Notes under the pieces: generated by a model
What the model was told of the DNA's origin: nothing
Databases searched by the model: none
What the model saw: the letters and a program-made list of their open reading frames with translations, nothing else
In this document: one piece after another, positions 8,749 through 17,591 of the stretch
Numbering within the stretch: the first letter of the stretch is position 1
Layout: every line of letters starts with the position of its first letter
NCBI GenBank assembly: GCA_943789005.1
Contig: CALSSL010000001.1
Coordinates: 117,688 to 181,687, forward strand
DNA length: 64,000 nucleotides
Direction: 5' to 3'
Origin: an uncultured SAR86 cluster bacterium
Lineage (GTDB): Bacteria > Pseudomonadota > Gammaproteobacteria > Magnimaribacterales > D2472
Position numbers and translations under genes: made by a program

Positions 8749-9420
8749 TTATTTTTTTATAGATTGCTTATAAAAAATACTAGCTAACTCTTCAGAAAAA
8801 ATTAATGTTGACTGACTAATTGTTTCTAGTTCTGACGTATATTTATTAAAAGCTATGACTGCAGGAATTGCCGCAAATAGTCCCATTGCAGTTGCAACCA
8901 GTGCTTCTGAAATTCCAGGCGCAACTGCGTTTATGGTTGCTTGGGTTGCGTCTGATAAACCTTGAAAAGATGTCATGATTCCCCACACTGTGCCTAATAG
9001 TCCTATGTATGGACTGACAGAACCAACATTAGCTAGAAAAGATAGATGCTTATTCATCTCTTCCTCATCTGAAGCTATTGCGACTCTCATAGATCTATTA
9101 ATTCCCTCTAGATCAAGTTCGGTGATTTCATTACTTTGGTCAATTTGAAGGAATTCTTTGAATGAGCTCTTAAAAACACTTAAAGCTCCGTATACTGGAA
9201 CTATTTCAGTTTTTATTTCATTGTATAAGAGGTTTAAATCCTCACCACTCCAAAATCTCTCAAGAAAACTATCATTAATTACTCTAATTTTTTTATAAAA
9301 ATTATATCTCTCAACTATAACTATCCATGTCAACAATGAAGCTATTAAAAGAATTACCATGACAGTTTTTACAACCATGCCAGCTTCTAGAAAAAGATTT
9401 AAAACAGAAATGTCATTCAT
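8749..9420 (-). CDS. tolQ: Tol-Pal system protein TolQ (MotA/TolQ/ExbB channel)
   Basis: 223 aa, 3 TM. The conserved C-terminal region is GLLGTVWGIMTSF ... AVAPGISEALVATAMGLFAAIPAVIAFN. Confidence 0.92.
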   Translation of the reverse strand: MNDISVLNLFLEAGMVVKTVMVILLIASLLTWIVIVERYNFYKKIRVINDSFLERFWSGEDLNLLYNEIKTEIVPVYGALSVFKSSFKEFLQIDQSNEITELDLEGINRSMRVAIASDEEEMNKHLSFLANVGSVSPYIGLLGTVWGIMTSFQGLSDATQATINAVAPGISEALVATAMGLFAAIPAVIAFNKYTSELETISQSTLIFSEELASIFYKQSIKK

Positions 9421-9424
9421 TCAC

Positions 9425-9841
9425 TTATCCTCTATCAAAAATTAATAATAAATCATTAGGGAAAGGTTTAGGTTTTTTTGTCAACACATTTACCAAGCAC
9501 ACCTCAACAACTCCACTGCATATTTTTTTAGATGTCTTTGTATTAAAAATCTCTTGACCAAAAACCATCCTAGCATTTGTTTTTTTTGTTACGTGAGTTT
9601 GAACAGTAAGCTCTTCTCCTAGTTTCGCAGGTAGTAGATAGTTTATTTCAATGCTTTTTATAACAAACACCAAATCTAACTCTTTTAATTCCATTTGTGA
9701 AATATTGTTAAAAGTTAAAAAATCTGAACGAGCTCTTTCGAAATACTTTATATAATTTGCGTGATATACAAATCCCTGAAAATCTGTATCTTCAACATAT
9801 ACGACTAAATTAAAGTCTTTATGTTTGAAAGTTTTGTTCAT
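9425..9841 (-). CDS. ybgC: Tol-Pal-associated acyl-CoA thioesterase YbgC (4HBT fold)
   Basis: VYVEDTDFQGFVYHANYIKYFERAR matches the YbgC catalytic Asp motif. It lies directly upstream of tolQ. Confidence 0.85.
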   Translation of the reverse strand: MNKTFKHKDFNLVVYVEDTDFQGFVYHANYIKYFERARSDFLTFNNISQMELKELDLVFVIKSIEINYLLPAKLGEELTVQTHVTKKTNARMVFGQEIFNTKTSKKICSGVVEVCLVNVLTKKPKPFPNDLLLIFDRG

Positions 9842-10310
9842 GCAACTCTATATCCTCTTGAAATAATTCAAGGATTATTTGAATGAAATCCGGCCACAGT
9901 AAGTCAACAGTTATAAGGTTATTTGATATTTTGCTATTAATACATGACGCCAAAACTCTAACTTTAATAGGCCTATTATTAAACTTATATACTAATGCAG
10001 GTTTAAGATTCTCTTCTTTCGAAGATGCTAAAACTTGATCCCACCAGTCAGGTCTTGGCTCAGCACCTGCACCGTAAGCTTTACATTCAATACACCAATT
10101 GCCCAATGTTAAATCTGGCAATTCTTTAGTTCTGGTTTGTTCTAAAATTCTCTTAACGGGATTGGTTAGGTTTAAATCTTGTATCAAAGCGTTAGCAATT
10201 TGTCTTTCAAATGCAGCGCCTTTATTTCTTGAATTAATAGACAATTTTTTACTCTTTAACCTCAAAATTTTCAGGAAATTCTGCGTTTGTATGAACTTCT
10301 TGAACATCAT
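9819..10310 (-). CDS. PD-(D/E)XK nuclease resembling archaeal Hjc / phage-type Holliday-junction resolvases; the start codon is uncertain
   Basis: Motifs KGAAFERQIANAL (Glu) and LPDLTLGNWCIECK (Asp-x8-Glu-x-Lys). It overlaps yebC by about 60 nt if the ATG at 10310 is used; TTG codons at 10265 and 10244 are alternatives. It overlaps the ybgC start by 23 nt. Confidence 0.5.
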   Translation of the reverse strand: MMFKKFIQTQNFLKILRLKSKKLSINSRNKGAAFERQIANALIQDLNLTNPVKRILEQTRTKELPDLTLGNWCIECKAYGAGAEPRPDWWDQVLASSKEENLKPALVYKFNNRPIKVRVLASCINSKISNNLITVDLLWPDFIQIILELFQEDIELHEQNFQT

Positions 10311-10986
10311 CTAGCTCATCCATAAAATCCATAATTTTTAAAACTTTTTCAGACATTTCTTGATCAAGAGCAACAGATGTTTCGGCTCTAAGCGTTAATT
10401 CTGCATTAGTATTTTCTATATTGTTTTGCTTAAGAGATTCGAGAACATTTGAAAGATTTGAGCTTGAGGTAATTATTTCAAAATATTCTTCTTCATCTAC
10501 TAAATCGTCAGCACCTGCCTCTAAAACTATCTCTAAGATTTCGTCTTCAGAATAGACTTTGGCAACATGAATTATTCCTATTTTATTAAAAAGATATGAA
10601 ACAGAACCATCGGTTCCAAGATTTCCACCAAACTTAGAAAAAGCATGCCTAACATCAGAAACAGTTCTATTTCTATTGTCTGACATTGCTTCAACCATGA
10701 TTGCAACTCCGCCTGGGCCATAACCTTCTAGAACTATTTCTTCAAGAGATCCTGTTTCACCAGTACCTGAGCCTTTCTCTATTGCTCTTTTAATATTGTC
10801 TTTAGGCATATTGGCAGCATTAGCCTTATCCAATGCAAGTCTTAGCCTGGGATTATCATCAGGATCTGGGCCGCCCTTGGCTGCAACAGTTATCTCTCTA
10901 ATAACCTTAGTCCAAACCTTACCTCTTGATGCATCTTGACGGGCTTTTCGATGTTTGATATTTGCCCATTTGGAATGTCCTGCCAT
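10249..10986 (-). CDS. yebC: YebC/PmpR (TACO1) family probable transcriptional regulator
   Basis: MAGHSKWANIKHRKARQDASRGKVWTKVIREI is the family hallmark N-terminus. It lies downstream of aspS. Confidence 0.93.
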   Translation of the reverse strand: MAGHSKWANIKHRKARQDASRGKVWTKVIREITVAAKGGPDPDDNPRLRLALDKANAANMPKDNIKRAIEKGSGTGETGSLEEIVLEGYGPGGVAIMVEAMSDNRNRTVSDVRHAFSKFGGNLGTDGSVSYLFNKIGIIHVAKVYSEDEILEIVLEAGADDLVDEEEYFEIITSSSNLSNVLESLKQNNIENTNAELTLRAETSVALDQEMSEKVLKIMDFMDELDDVQEVHTNAEFPENFEVKE

Positions 10987-10988
10987 TG

Positions 10989-12755
10989 CTATTCTTCCTT
11001 GTGAGTACTAATAATTTTAAGTTCTTCCAGTTGTGCATCATCAACTTTGCTTGGAGCATCAGTAAGCAAGCAAGTAGCGCTTTGTGTTTTTGGAAATGCA
11101 ATTACATCTCTGATATTAGTTGTATCAGTAATTAACATTACCAATCTATCCAAACCAAATGCAATGCCCCCATGGGGAGGACAGCCAGATGAAAGAGCTT
11201 TTAAAAGGAATCCAAATTTACTATTTGCCTCCTCCTTAGAAATATTTAAAATATCAAATATTGTTTTCTGCATATTAGCATTAAAGACCCTTAGAGAACC
11301 TCCGCCTATTTCATAACCATTTAAGACAATATCATATGCATGAGCAATAACCTTCTCTGGTTCATTTTTTAATTCATCCACAGAGCAATTTGGTAATGTG
11401 AATGGATGATGCAAAGATGTTAAATTTCCTTCTGAATTCTTTTCAAACATTGGGAAATCAACTACCCAGCATGGTGCCCATTTTTTTGTATATAAGTCTA
11501 GGTCTTCACCAATCTTTTTAATTAAGCTGCTCATACTGAGATTTACAACACCACTTTTACCGGCTCCAAAAAATATTAAATCATTATCATGAAGGCTAAG
11601 CTCTGATAGTAAAGTGGAGACTGTTTCATCTTTTAAGAATTTTAAAATAGGTGATTGGAGGCCGTTCTCAATATCAGTTTTATCGTTCACTTTGATATAT
11701 GCCAGACCTTTTGCACCAAGCTTTGAAACGAAATTTGTATAGTCATCTATTTGGCTTCTGGTAAAAGAGCTGCCACCCGGAATTTTTAATGCGACAACTC
11801 TTGAATTATCATCTTTAGCAGGCTCAGCAAAAACCTTAAACTCTTCATTCACAACTAAATCAGATATTTCAACGAGCTTTAAAGGAATTCTTAAATCAGG
11901 TTTGTCGCAACCATAGTCTCTCATAGAATCATGCCAATCTAAAACAGAAAAATCATCTAATCGATCATTACAAAATTTGTGAACTAAATTCTTAACCATG
12001 CCCTCTCCAACTTGCATAATGTATTTCTGATCTATAAAAGAAGCTTCTATATCAATCTGAGTAAACTCCGGTTGACGATCAGCTCTTAGGTCTTCATCTC
12101 TGAAACATCTTGCAATTTGATAATATTTATCTAGACCACCCATCATAAGAAGTTGTTTAAAAAGCTGAGGTGACTGAGGTAAGGCAAAGAATTTACCTGA
12201 CTGAACCCTGCTTGGAAGTATAAAATCTCTTGCACCCTCAGGAGTTGCTCTTGTAAGTATTGGAGTTTCTATTTCATGAAAATCATTTTCATCTAAATAG
12301 TTCCTTATCGTAGATGTGATCTTGGATCTTGTTACAATTCTATGATTCATCTCAGGGCGTCTGAGGTCTAAAACCCTATTTTTTAAACGAACATCTTCAT
12401 TAACATCCTGATAATCATCAAGTGGAAATACAGGAGTATCAGCTTTGCTTAAGATTTTAATATCTTTACTCTCAAGCTCTATCTCTCCAGTTAACATATT
12501 TTTGTTAATAGTGCCTTCTAGCCTTGCTTTGACTACGCCAGAAATTTGAACAACATATTCATTTCTCAAGCTTTCAGCAATAGCAAATGATTTTGCATTA
12601 TCAGGGTTTATTACAGCCTGACAAATGCCTTTTATATCTCTAACATCAAGAAAAATTACTCCTCCATGATCACGTCTTTTATGAATCCAGCCACAAATAG
12701 TTACTTCATGATCAAGTTCTTTTGATGTAATTTCTCCACAATAGTGAGATCTCAT
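10989..12755 (-). CDS. aspS: Aspartate--tRNA ligase
   Basis: 588 aa bacterial-type AspRS: the N-terminal OB fold starts MRSHYCGE, followed by class II motifs [18 protein letters not shown] and [12 protein letters not shown]. Confidence 0.96.
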   Translation of the reverse strand: MRSHYCGEITSKELDHEVTICGWIHKRRDHGGVIFLDVRDIKGICQAVINPDNAKSFAIAESLRNEYVVQISGVVKARLEGTINKNMLTGEIELESKDIKILSKADTPVFPLDDYQDVNEDVRLKNRVLDLRRPEMNHRIVTRSKITSTIRNYLDENDFHEIETPILTRATPEGARDFILPSRVQSGKFFALPQSPQLFKQLLMMGGLDKYYQIARCFRDEDLRADRQPEFTQIDIEASFIDQKYIMQVGEGMVKNLVHKFCNDRLDDFSVLDWHDSMRDYGCDKPDLRIPLKLVEISDLVVNEEFKVFAEPAKDDNSRVVALKIPGGSSFTRSQIDDYTNFVSKLGAKGLAYIKVNDKTDIENGLQSPILKFLKDETVSTLLSELSLHDNDLIFFGAGKSGVVNLSMSSLIKKIGEDLDLYTKKWAPCWVVDFPMFEKNSEGNLTSLHHPFTLPNCSVDELKNEPEKVIAHAYDIVLNGYEIGGGSLRVFNANMQKTIFDILNISKEEANSKFGFLLKALSSGCPPHGGIAFGLDRLVMLITDTTNIRDVIAFPKTQSATCLLTDAPSKVDDAQLEELKIISTHKEE

Positions 12756-12769
12756 AATATTTCCTATAT

Positions 12770-13060
12770 TTATTTACTAATCTTATCTTGTTTAGGCTCT
12801 TTCTTGGAGTCAGAAGCTAAATTTTGTGAAGATTTATTAGTTGATTCTTTTTCATTTGATACCAAGTTCTTTTTTTTACCGGTCTTGAAGTCAGTTTCAT
12901 ACCAACCGCCACCCTTTAACCTAAAAGAAGGTGCAGAAATTAACTTAGTAAGAGATTCTTCTCCGCATTTCAAGCATAATGTTTTTGGTTTATCACTAAA
13001 CTTCTGAATTATTTCATGTTCCTGTCCACAATTTGAACATTTATAGTCATAAATCGGCAT
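12770..13060 (-). CDS. FmdB-family zinc-ribbon protein (CxxC-x-CxxC)
   Basis: [44 protein letters not shown] is the typical FmdB/TIGR02605 pattern. Confidence 0.8.
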   Translation of the reverse strand: MPIYDYKCSNCGQEHEIIQKFSDKPKTLCLKCGEESLTKLISAPSFRLKGGGWYETDFKTGKKKNLVSNEKESTNKSSQNLASDSKKEPKQDKISK

Positions 13061-13123
13061 AAGTCATCAAAAAAAGATAAAATTATAAACTAATAAGATT
13101 TATACATATAACTAATTTACAAA

Positions 13124-14404
13124 ATGTTGTTTTCAAAATTATTACTGCCTACATTAAAAGATGCTCCTCAAGAAGCAGAGGTTATTAGTCATAAGCTAAT
13201 GCTCAGAGCTGGCATGGTTAGAAAGGTAGCGTCAGGAATATATACATGGCTTCCAATGGGGTTAAAAGTTCTTAGAAAAATTGAGAATATTGTTAGAGAA
13301 GAAATGGATGCTTCTGGTGCTCAAGAAGTGTTAATGCCAATGGTTCAGCCAAAAGAGTTGTGGGATGAAACTAATAGATGGGAAAAAATGGGCCCAGAAC
13401 TTCTAAGAATTCAAGATAGGCATAAAAGAGATTTCTGCTTAGGCCCAACTCATGAGGAAGTTATAACAGATCTTATAAGAAACAATGTTAAAAGTTATAA
13501 AGAATTGCCTTTGAATATATATCAAATACAAACAAAATTTAGAGATGAAGTAAGACCAAGATATGGAGTTATGAGAGGAAGAGAATTTCTTATGAAAGAT
13601 TCTTATAGTTTTAATATTGACGAAGCCTGTCTTGAAGAAACCTACTTAACTATGAGGAATACCTATAAAAAAGTTCTAGAGAGAATGAATCTTGATTATA
13701 AGATTGTTTCAGCAGATTCTGGCGCTATTGGTGGAGATGCTTCAGAAGAATTTCATGTTCTAGCTGAAACAGGTGAAGATACTATAGCTGTTAGTGATAG
13801 CTCTGAATATGCTATAAACACTGAACTACTGCTTAAAGATGGTGAAGATATATCATCTCTTGAAGGAAAGCCATCACCTGATGGCAAGGGAACAATTGAA
13901 ATTAAAAAAGGTATTGAGGTTGGTCATATATTCCAACTAGGAAAGGTTTATGCCGAAGATATGAAAGCAAATGTCTTAAACAATGAAGGCAAAGCATCTA
14001 CTCTATATATGGGGTGTTATGGAATTGGGGTTTCAAGACTTGTAGCTGCAGCTATTGAGCAAAACAATGATGATAAAGGTATTGTTTGGCCTCACAGCAT
14101 AGCTCCATTTGATATAAATATTATTGCAATTGGCTTTGAGAAAGATCAAAAAATAGCAGAAGCCTCTTACAATCTTTATAAAGAGTTAATTGAAATGGGC
14201 TACGATGTCTTATTAGATGACCGTAAAGATGGTTTCGGAACTAAAATCAAAGATTCCGAATTAATAGGAATTCCAATGAATATTATTATTGGTAAGCAGT
14301 TCTTAGAAACAGAGGAAATAGAATTTAGAACAAGATCTGGAGATACATCTCTAAGCAAAATATCAGATTCACAAACTATCTTAGACTTCTTTAAAGATAA
14401 ATAA
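13124..14404 (+). CDS. proS: Proline--tRNA ligase, bacterial type, lacking the INS editing domain
   Basis: 426 aa. Motifs [38 protein letters not shown] and [16 protein letters not shown]. The region between motifs 2 and 3 is only a short linker (about 25 aa), where E. coli ProRS has about 180 aa. Confidence 0.9.
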   Translation: MLFSKLLLPTLKDAPQEAEVISHKLMLRAGMVRKVASGIYTWLPMGLKVLRKIENIVREEMDASGAQEVLMPMVQPKELWDETNRWEKMGPELLRIQDRHKRDFCLGPTHEEVITDLIRNNVKSYKELPLNIYQIQTKFRDEVRPRYGVMRGREFLMKDSYSFNIDEACLEETYLTMRNTYKKVLERMNLDYKIVSADSGAIGGDASEEFHVLAETGEDTIAVSDSSEYAINTELLLKDGEDISSLEGKPSPDGKGTIEIKKGIEVGHIFQLGKVYAEDMKANVLNNEGKASTLYMGCYGIGVSRLVAAAIEQNNDDKGIVWPHSIAPFDINIIAIGFEKDQKIAEASYNLYKELIEMGYDVLLDDRKDGFGTKIKDSELIGIPMNIIIGKQFLETEEIEFRTRSGDTSLSKISDSQTILDFFKDK

Positions 14405-14424
14405 GCCCTTGGGTTTATAATTTA

Positions 14425-14724
14425 TCAATCTATACCTTCTTCAGCATTTATAAATGCCTGTTCAACATATGGAAGCCTATCTTCTTTTCCTCCAAATGTA
14501 TCTGGATCCATTAATGACTCAATTACAGACAATGATCTATTAGATCCTTTTGGCCAATTATTAAAAATTTCAGTTAGTTTTTTTGTAATCTCAGGTTTGT
14601 TTTTTGATATATCTAATTCTTCAGTTGGATCTTTAAATATGTTGTATAACTCAACATTATCTTCATTGATTATTAATTTATATGGAGCACTAATAACCGC
14701 ATATTTGTCATTTAAAATATTCAT
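14425..14724 (-). pseudogene. Remnant: C-terminal fragment of an arylsulfatase-family gene
   Basis: The 99-aa ORF contains KLIINEDNVELYNIFKDPTEELDISKNKPEITKKLTEIFNNW, the usual sulfatase C-terminal (W)KL...ELY(D/N)...DP.E..N pattern. No catalytic N-terminal domain is present anywhere upstream. Confidence 0.55.
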
Positions 14725-14739
14725 TGATTTTCAATATCT

Positions 14740-14881
14740 TAATGAATTTATAAAGTTTGCTGATATGGATAAATTAGGCTTAATACTGATTAGACCAGAC
14801 GGACATATAGCGCTTAGAGCCGTTCCAAATAAAGATAATAAAAATATTTTAACTAGCTATTTTGAGGAAATAGGTTTTTAG
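14740..14881 (+). pseudogene. Remnant: C-terminal fragment of an FAD-dependent aromatic-ring monooxygenase-family gene
   Basis: The tail of the 94-aa ORF reads FADMDKLGLILIRPDGHIALRAVPN, matching the LVRPDGHVAWR signature at the C-terminus of PheA/TfdB-type hydroxylases. The N-terminal part of the ORF is antisense to the sulfatase remnant and looks non-coding. Confidence 0.5.
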
Positions 14882-14894
14882 TAATTTTATATAC

Positions 14895-16073
14895 TTATAA
14901 TCTTTTAATAATAGTAGCGTTTGCTGTTCCACCGCCTTCACAGATAGCTTGAAGAGCATACATGCCTTCTCTTCTTTCTAGCTCATGAAGCAAGGTTGTC
15001 ATCAGCTTTGCTCCTGTAGCACCTAGAGGATGGCCAAGTGCCATTGCTCCTCCATTTACATTCAGTTTAGTTCTATCAGCCTTAAGCTCTGCAGCCCAAG
15101 CCAAAGGCACTGGGGCAAAAGCCTCATTCACTTCATATAAGTCAATGTCATCAATGCTTAAGTTAGCTACTGATAGAGCTTTATGTGATGCAGGAATTGG
15201 TCCAGTTAACATATAGACAGGATCATCCCCAACAACTGAGATTGATACAATTTCTGCTCTAGGGTTTGCATTAATTTTTTTAAGTCCTGCTTCATTACAA
15301 ACAAGAACTGCTGCAGCGCCATCTGTAATCTGACTTGCATTACCAGCAGTAACTACCCCGCCTTCAGATACAGTTTTAAGTCCTGCTAGTTTTTCAAGAC
15401 TTGCATCAAATCTTATACCCTCATCTGCAGTGACCATTTCTTCAATACCCTCAGCATTTTTAGCCTGAACCGGAAGAATCTCTCTATCAAAATACTTCAA
15501 TTCAGTAGCTTTTGCAGCTTTTTGATGACTCTCAAGAGCAAACTGATCTAAGTCTTCTCTTGATAGATTCCATTTTTTAGCTACTAATTCAGCACCTGTA
15601 AATTGAGAGAAAAATACACCTGGATATCTAGCTTTAATACCATCAGAATCAAAGGGGAAACCATGACCAGCATCATAACCATCCTTAACCGATGCTCCAA
15701 TTGGAACCATAGACATTACTTCAACTCCACCACCAATTACGATATCTTGAGTGCCTGACATTACTGCTTGAATTGCAAAATGAATCGCTTGTTGAGAAGA
15801 CCCACATTGCCTATCAACGGATGTGCCTGGAACTGATTCTGGATATGATGAAGAAAGGATTGCATTCCTAGCAACATTTCCTGACTGGGCACCAACCTGG
15901 TCTACACATCCAAAAATAACATCATCAACTAGCGATGGATCCATATCAAGTCTTGCTGCTATTTCATCTAGTACTTTTGCTCCTAAGTCGGCTGGATGCC
16001 AAAGACTTAACCTGCCATCCCTTTTTCCACCTGCGGTTCTAACTGCTTCTACAATATAAGCTTTTTCTGCCAT
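14895..16073 (-). CDS. Acetyl-CoA C-acetyl/acyltransferase (thiolase)
   Basis: 392 aa. Nucleophile Cys in VDRQCGSSQQAI. C-terminal NVNGGAMALGHPLGATGAKL and CEGGGTANATI. Confidence 0.92.
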   Translation of the reverse strand: MAEKAYIVEAVRTAGGKRDGRLSLWHPADLGAKVLDEIAARLDMDPSLVDDVIFGCVDQVGAQSGNVARNAILSSSYPESVPGTSVDRQCGSSQQAIHFAIQAVMSGTQDIVIGGGVEVMSMVPIGASVKDGYDAGHGFPFDSDGIKARYPGVFFSQFTGAELVAKKWNLSREDLDQFALESHQKAAKATELKYFDREILPVQAKNAEGIEEMVTADEGIRFDASLEKLAGLKTVSEGGVVTAGNASQITDGAAAVLVCNEAGLKKINANPRAEIVSISVVGDDPVYMLTGPIPASHKALSVANLSIDDIDLYEVNEAFAPVPLAWAAELKADRTKLNVNGGAMALGHPLGATGAKLMTTLLHELERREGMYALQAICEGGGTANATIIKRL

Positions 16074-16107
16074 AAAAAATCCCTATTAAAAAAATCTAAT
16101 AGGGATT
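16074..16107 (-). terminator. Rho-independent terminator downstream of recA
   Basis: Perfect 11-bp inverted repeat AATCCCTATTA / TAATAGGGATT (16078-16088 and 16097-16107) with an 8-nt loop. On the minus strand it is followed by TTTT, which abuts the thiolase ATG. Confidence 0.7.
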
Positions 16108-16124
16108 AGTGTATCAAGAAATAG

Positions 16125-17141
16125 TTACTTTGTAGATTTTGCTCTACTAGCGATAAAAGCCTCTCTAATTTCTTTCAATAGGCTTTCTCTAATTTTGGCA
16201 TTTTCTTTAAGAAACATACTAGCCTTGACTTTACCTTGACCGATAGTCTCGCCATTCATTTTATAAAATGCACCTGACTTCTCAATCAATCCAAGTTTAT
16301 GGCCATAATCTAATATTTCACCCTCTGAATTAATACCTTGGCCATACATGATTTGGAATTCCGCTTGTTTAAATGGAGGAGATACCTTGTTCTTAACAAC
16401 CTTTACTCTAGTTTCATTACCCATTATCTCATCGCCTTCTTTAACAGCTCCAATTCTTCTAATATCTAACCTAACTGAAGAGTAAAATTTTAAGGCATTA
16501 CCGCCTGTAGTTGTTTCAGGACTTCCAAACATAACGCCAATCTTCATTCTAATTTGATTGATAAATACAACTGTTGCACCGGATCTTTGAATGTTGCCTG
16601 TAATTTTCCTTAATGCTTGAGACATTAATCTAGCTTGTAGACCAACATGATGATCACCCATCTCACCTTCTATTTCAGCTCTCGGAACAAGAGCAGCTAC
16701 CGAATCTATTATTACCAAATCAACACTATTTGATTTCACTAACATGTCAGCAACCTCTAAAGCTTGCTCTCCTGTATCAGGTTGTGAAAGTAATAACTCG
16801 TCTACATTTACCCCAAGTTTTTCAGCGTACTGAGGATCTAGTGCATGCTCTGCATCAATAAAAGCACATGTTCCACCTTCTTTTTGACATTCAGCAATTA
16901 TTTGAAGTGTTAACGTTGTTTTTCCGGATGATTCAGGTCCATATATTTCAGTGACCCTTCCTTTAGGTATGCCGCCAATTCCTAGTGCTATATCCAGCCC
17001 CACTGAACCAGTTGATATTGATGGAATATCTAAAATTTCTTTATCGCCCATTCTCATTACGGTTCCTTTACCGAAATGACTATCTATATCTGCAAGTGTA
17101 TCCTTTAATGATTTTGAACCTGTATCTTTTGATTTAGCCAT
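16125..17141 (-). CDS. recA: Recombinase RecA
   Basis: 338 aa. Walker A is [12 protein letters not shown], followed by [18 protein letters not shown] and the L2 region. The call is unambiguous. Confidence 0.98.
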   Translation of the reverse strand: MAKSKDTGSKSLKDTLADIDSHFGKGTVMRMGDKEILDIPSISTGSVGLDIALGIGGIPKGRVTEIYGPESSGKTTLTLQIIAECQKEGGTCAFIDAEHALDPQYAEKLGVNVDELLLSQPDTGEQALEVADMLVKSNSVDLVIIDSVAALVPRAEIEGEMGDHHVGLQARLMSQALRKITGNIQRSGATVVFINQIRMKIGVMFGSPETTTGGNALKFYSSVRLDIRRIGAVKEGDEIMGNETRVKVVKNKVSPPFKQAEFQIMYGQGINSEGEILDYGHKLGLIEKSGAFYKMNGETIGQGKVKASMFLKENAKIRESLLKEIREAFIASRAKSTK

Positions 17142-17151
17142 ATTATCTCCT

Positions 17152-17171
17152 TACTGTATATTTATACAGTA
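17152..17171 (-). promoter_or_regulatory. LexA SOS box upstream of recA
   Basis: TACTGTATATTTATACAGTA has an intact CTGT-N8-ACAG core and differs at one central position from TACTG(TA)5CAGTA. It ends 10 nt upstream of the recA ATG, directly before the AGGAG Shine-Dalgarno. Confidence 0.8.
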
Positions 17172-17195
17172 TAATGCTAATTAAGAAATTTACAA
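17168..17195 (-). promoter_or_regulatory. Putative sigma-70 promoter of recA, with its -10 overlapping the SOS box
   Basis: The minus strand reads TTGTAA (17195-17190), a 16-nt spacer, then TATACT (17173-17168). Confidence 0.45.
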
Positions 17196-17267
17196 CTTAA
17201 AAGTATATTTTTTCTTCATTTTATCTTACAGTCACACTTTTTATATGAAAGTTATTAAATAATTAAT

Positions 17268-17591
17268 ATGGCGTTTGTAGTTACAGAATCATGCATAAAA
17301 TGTAAATATACAGATTGTGTAGAAGTATGTCCTGTTGACTGTTTTTATGAAGGGCCTGATTTTTTAGTTATCCATCCAGATGAATGTATTGACTGTGCAT
17401 TATGTGAACCAGAGTGTCCAATAGACGCAATATTGTCTGAAGATGAACTTCCTGAAGATCAAATAGACTTTATTGAAATCAACGCAAGACTTTCTGAAGT
17501 ATATGAAAATATTACCGAAGCTAAAGAGCCATTACCTGAAGCTGAAAAATACGAAAAAATTAAGAATAAAAGAGACTTAATAGGATTATAA
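17268..17591 (+). CDS. fdxA: 7Fe ferredoxin (Azotobacter/Pseudomonas FdxA type)
   Basis: 107 aa. Cys clusters [18 protein letters not shown] and [12 protein letters not shown]. Confidence 0.9.
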   Translation: MAFVVTESCIKCKYTDCVEVCPVDCFYEGPDFLVIHPDECIDCALCEPECPIDAILSEDELPEDQIDFIEINARLSEVYENITEAKEPLPEAEKYEKIKNKRDLIGL

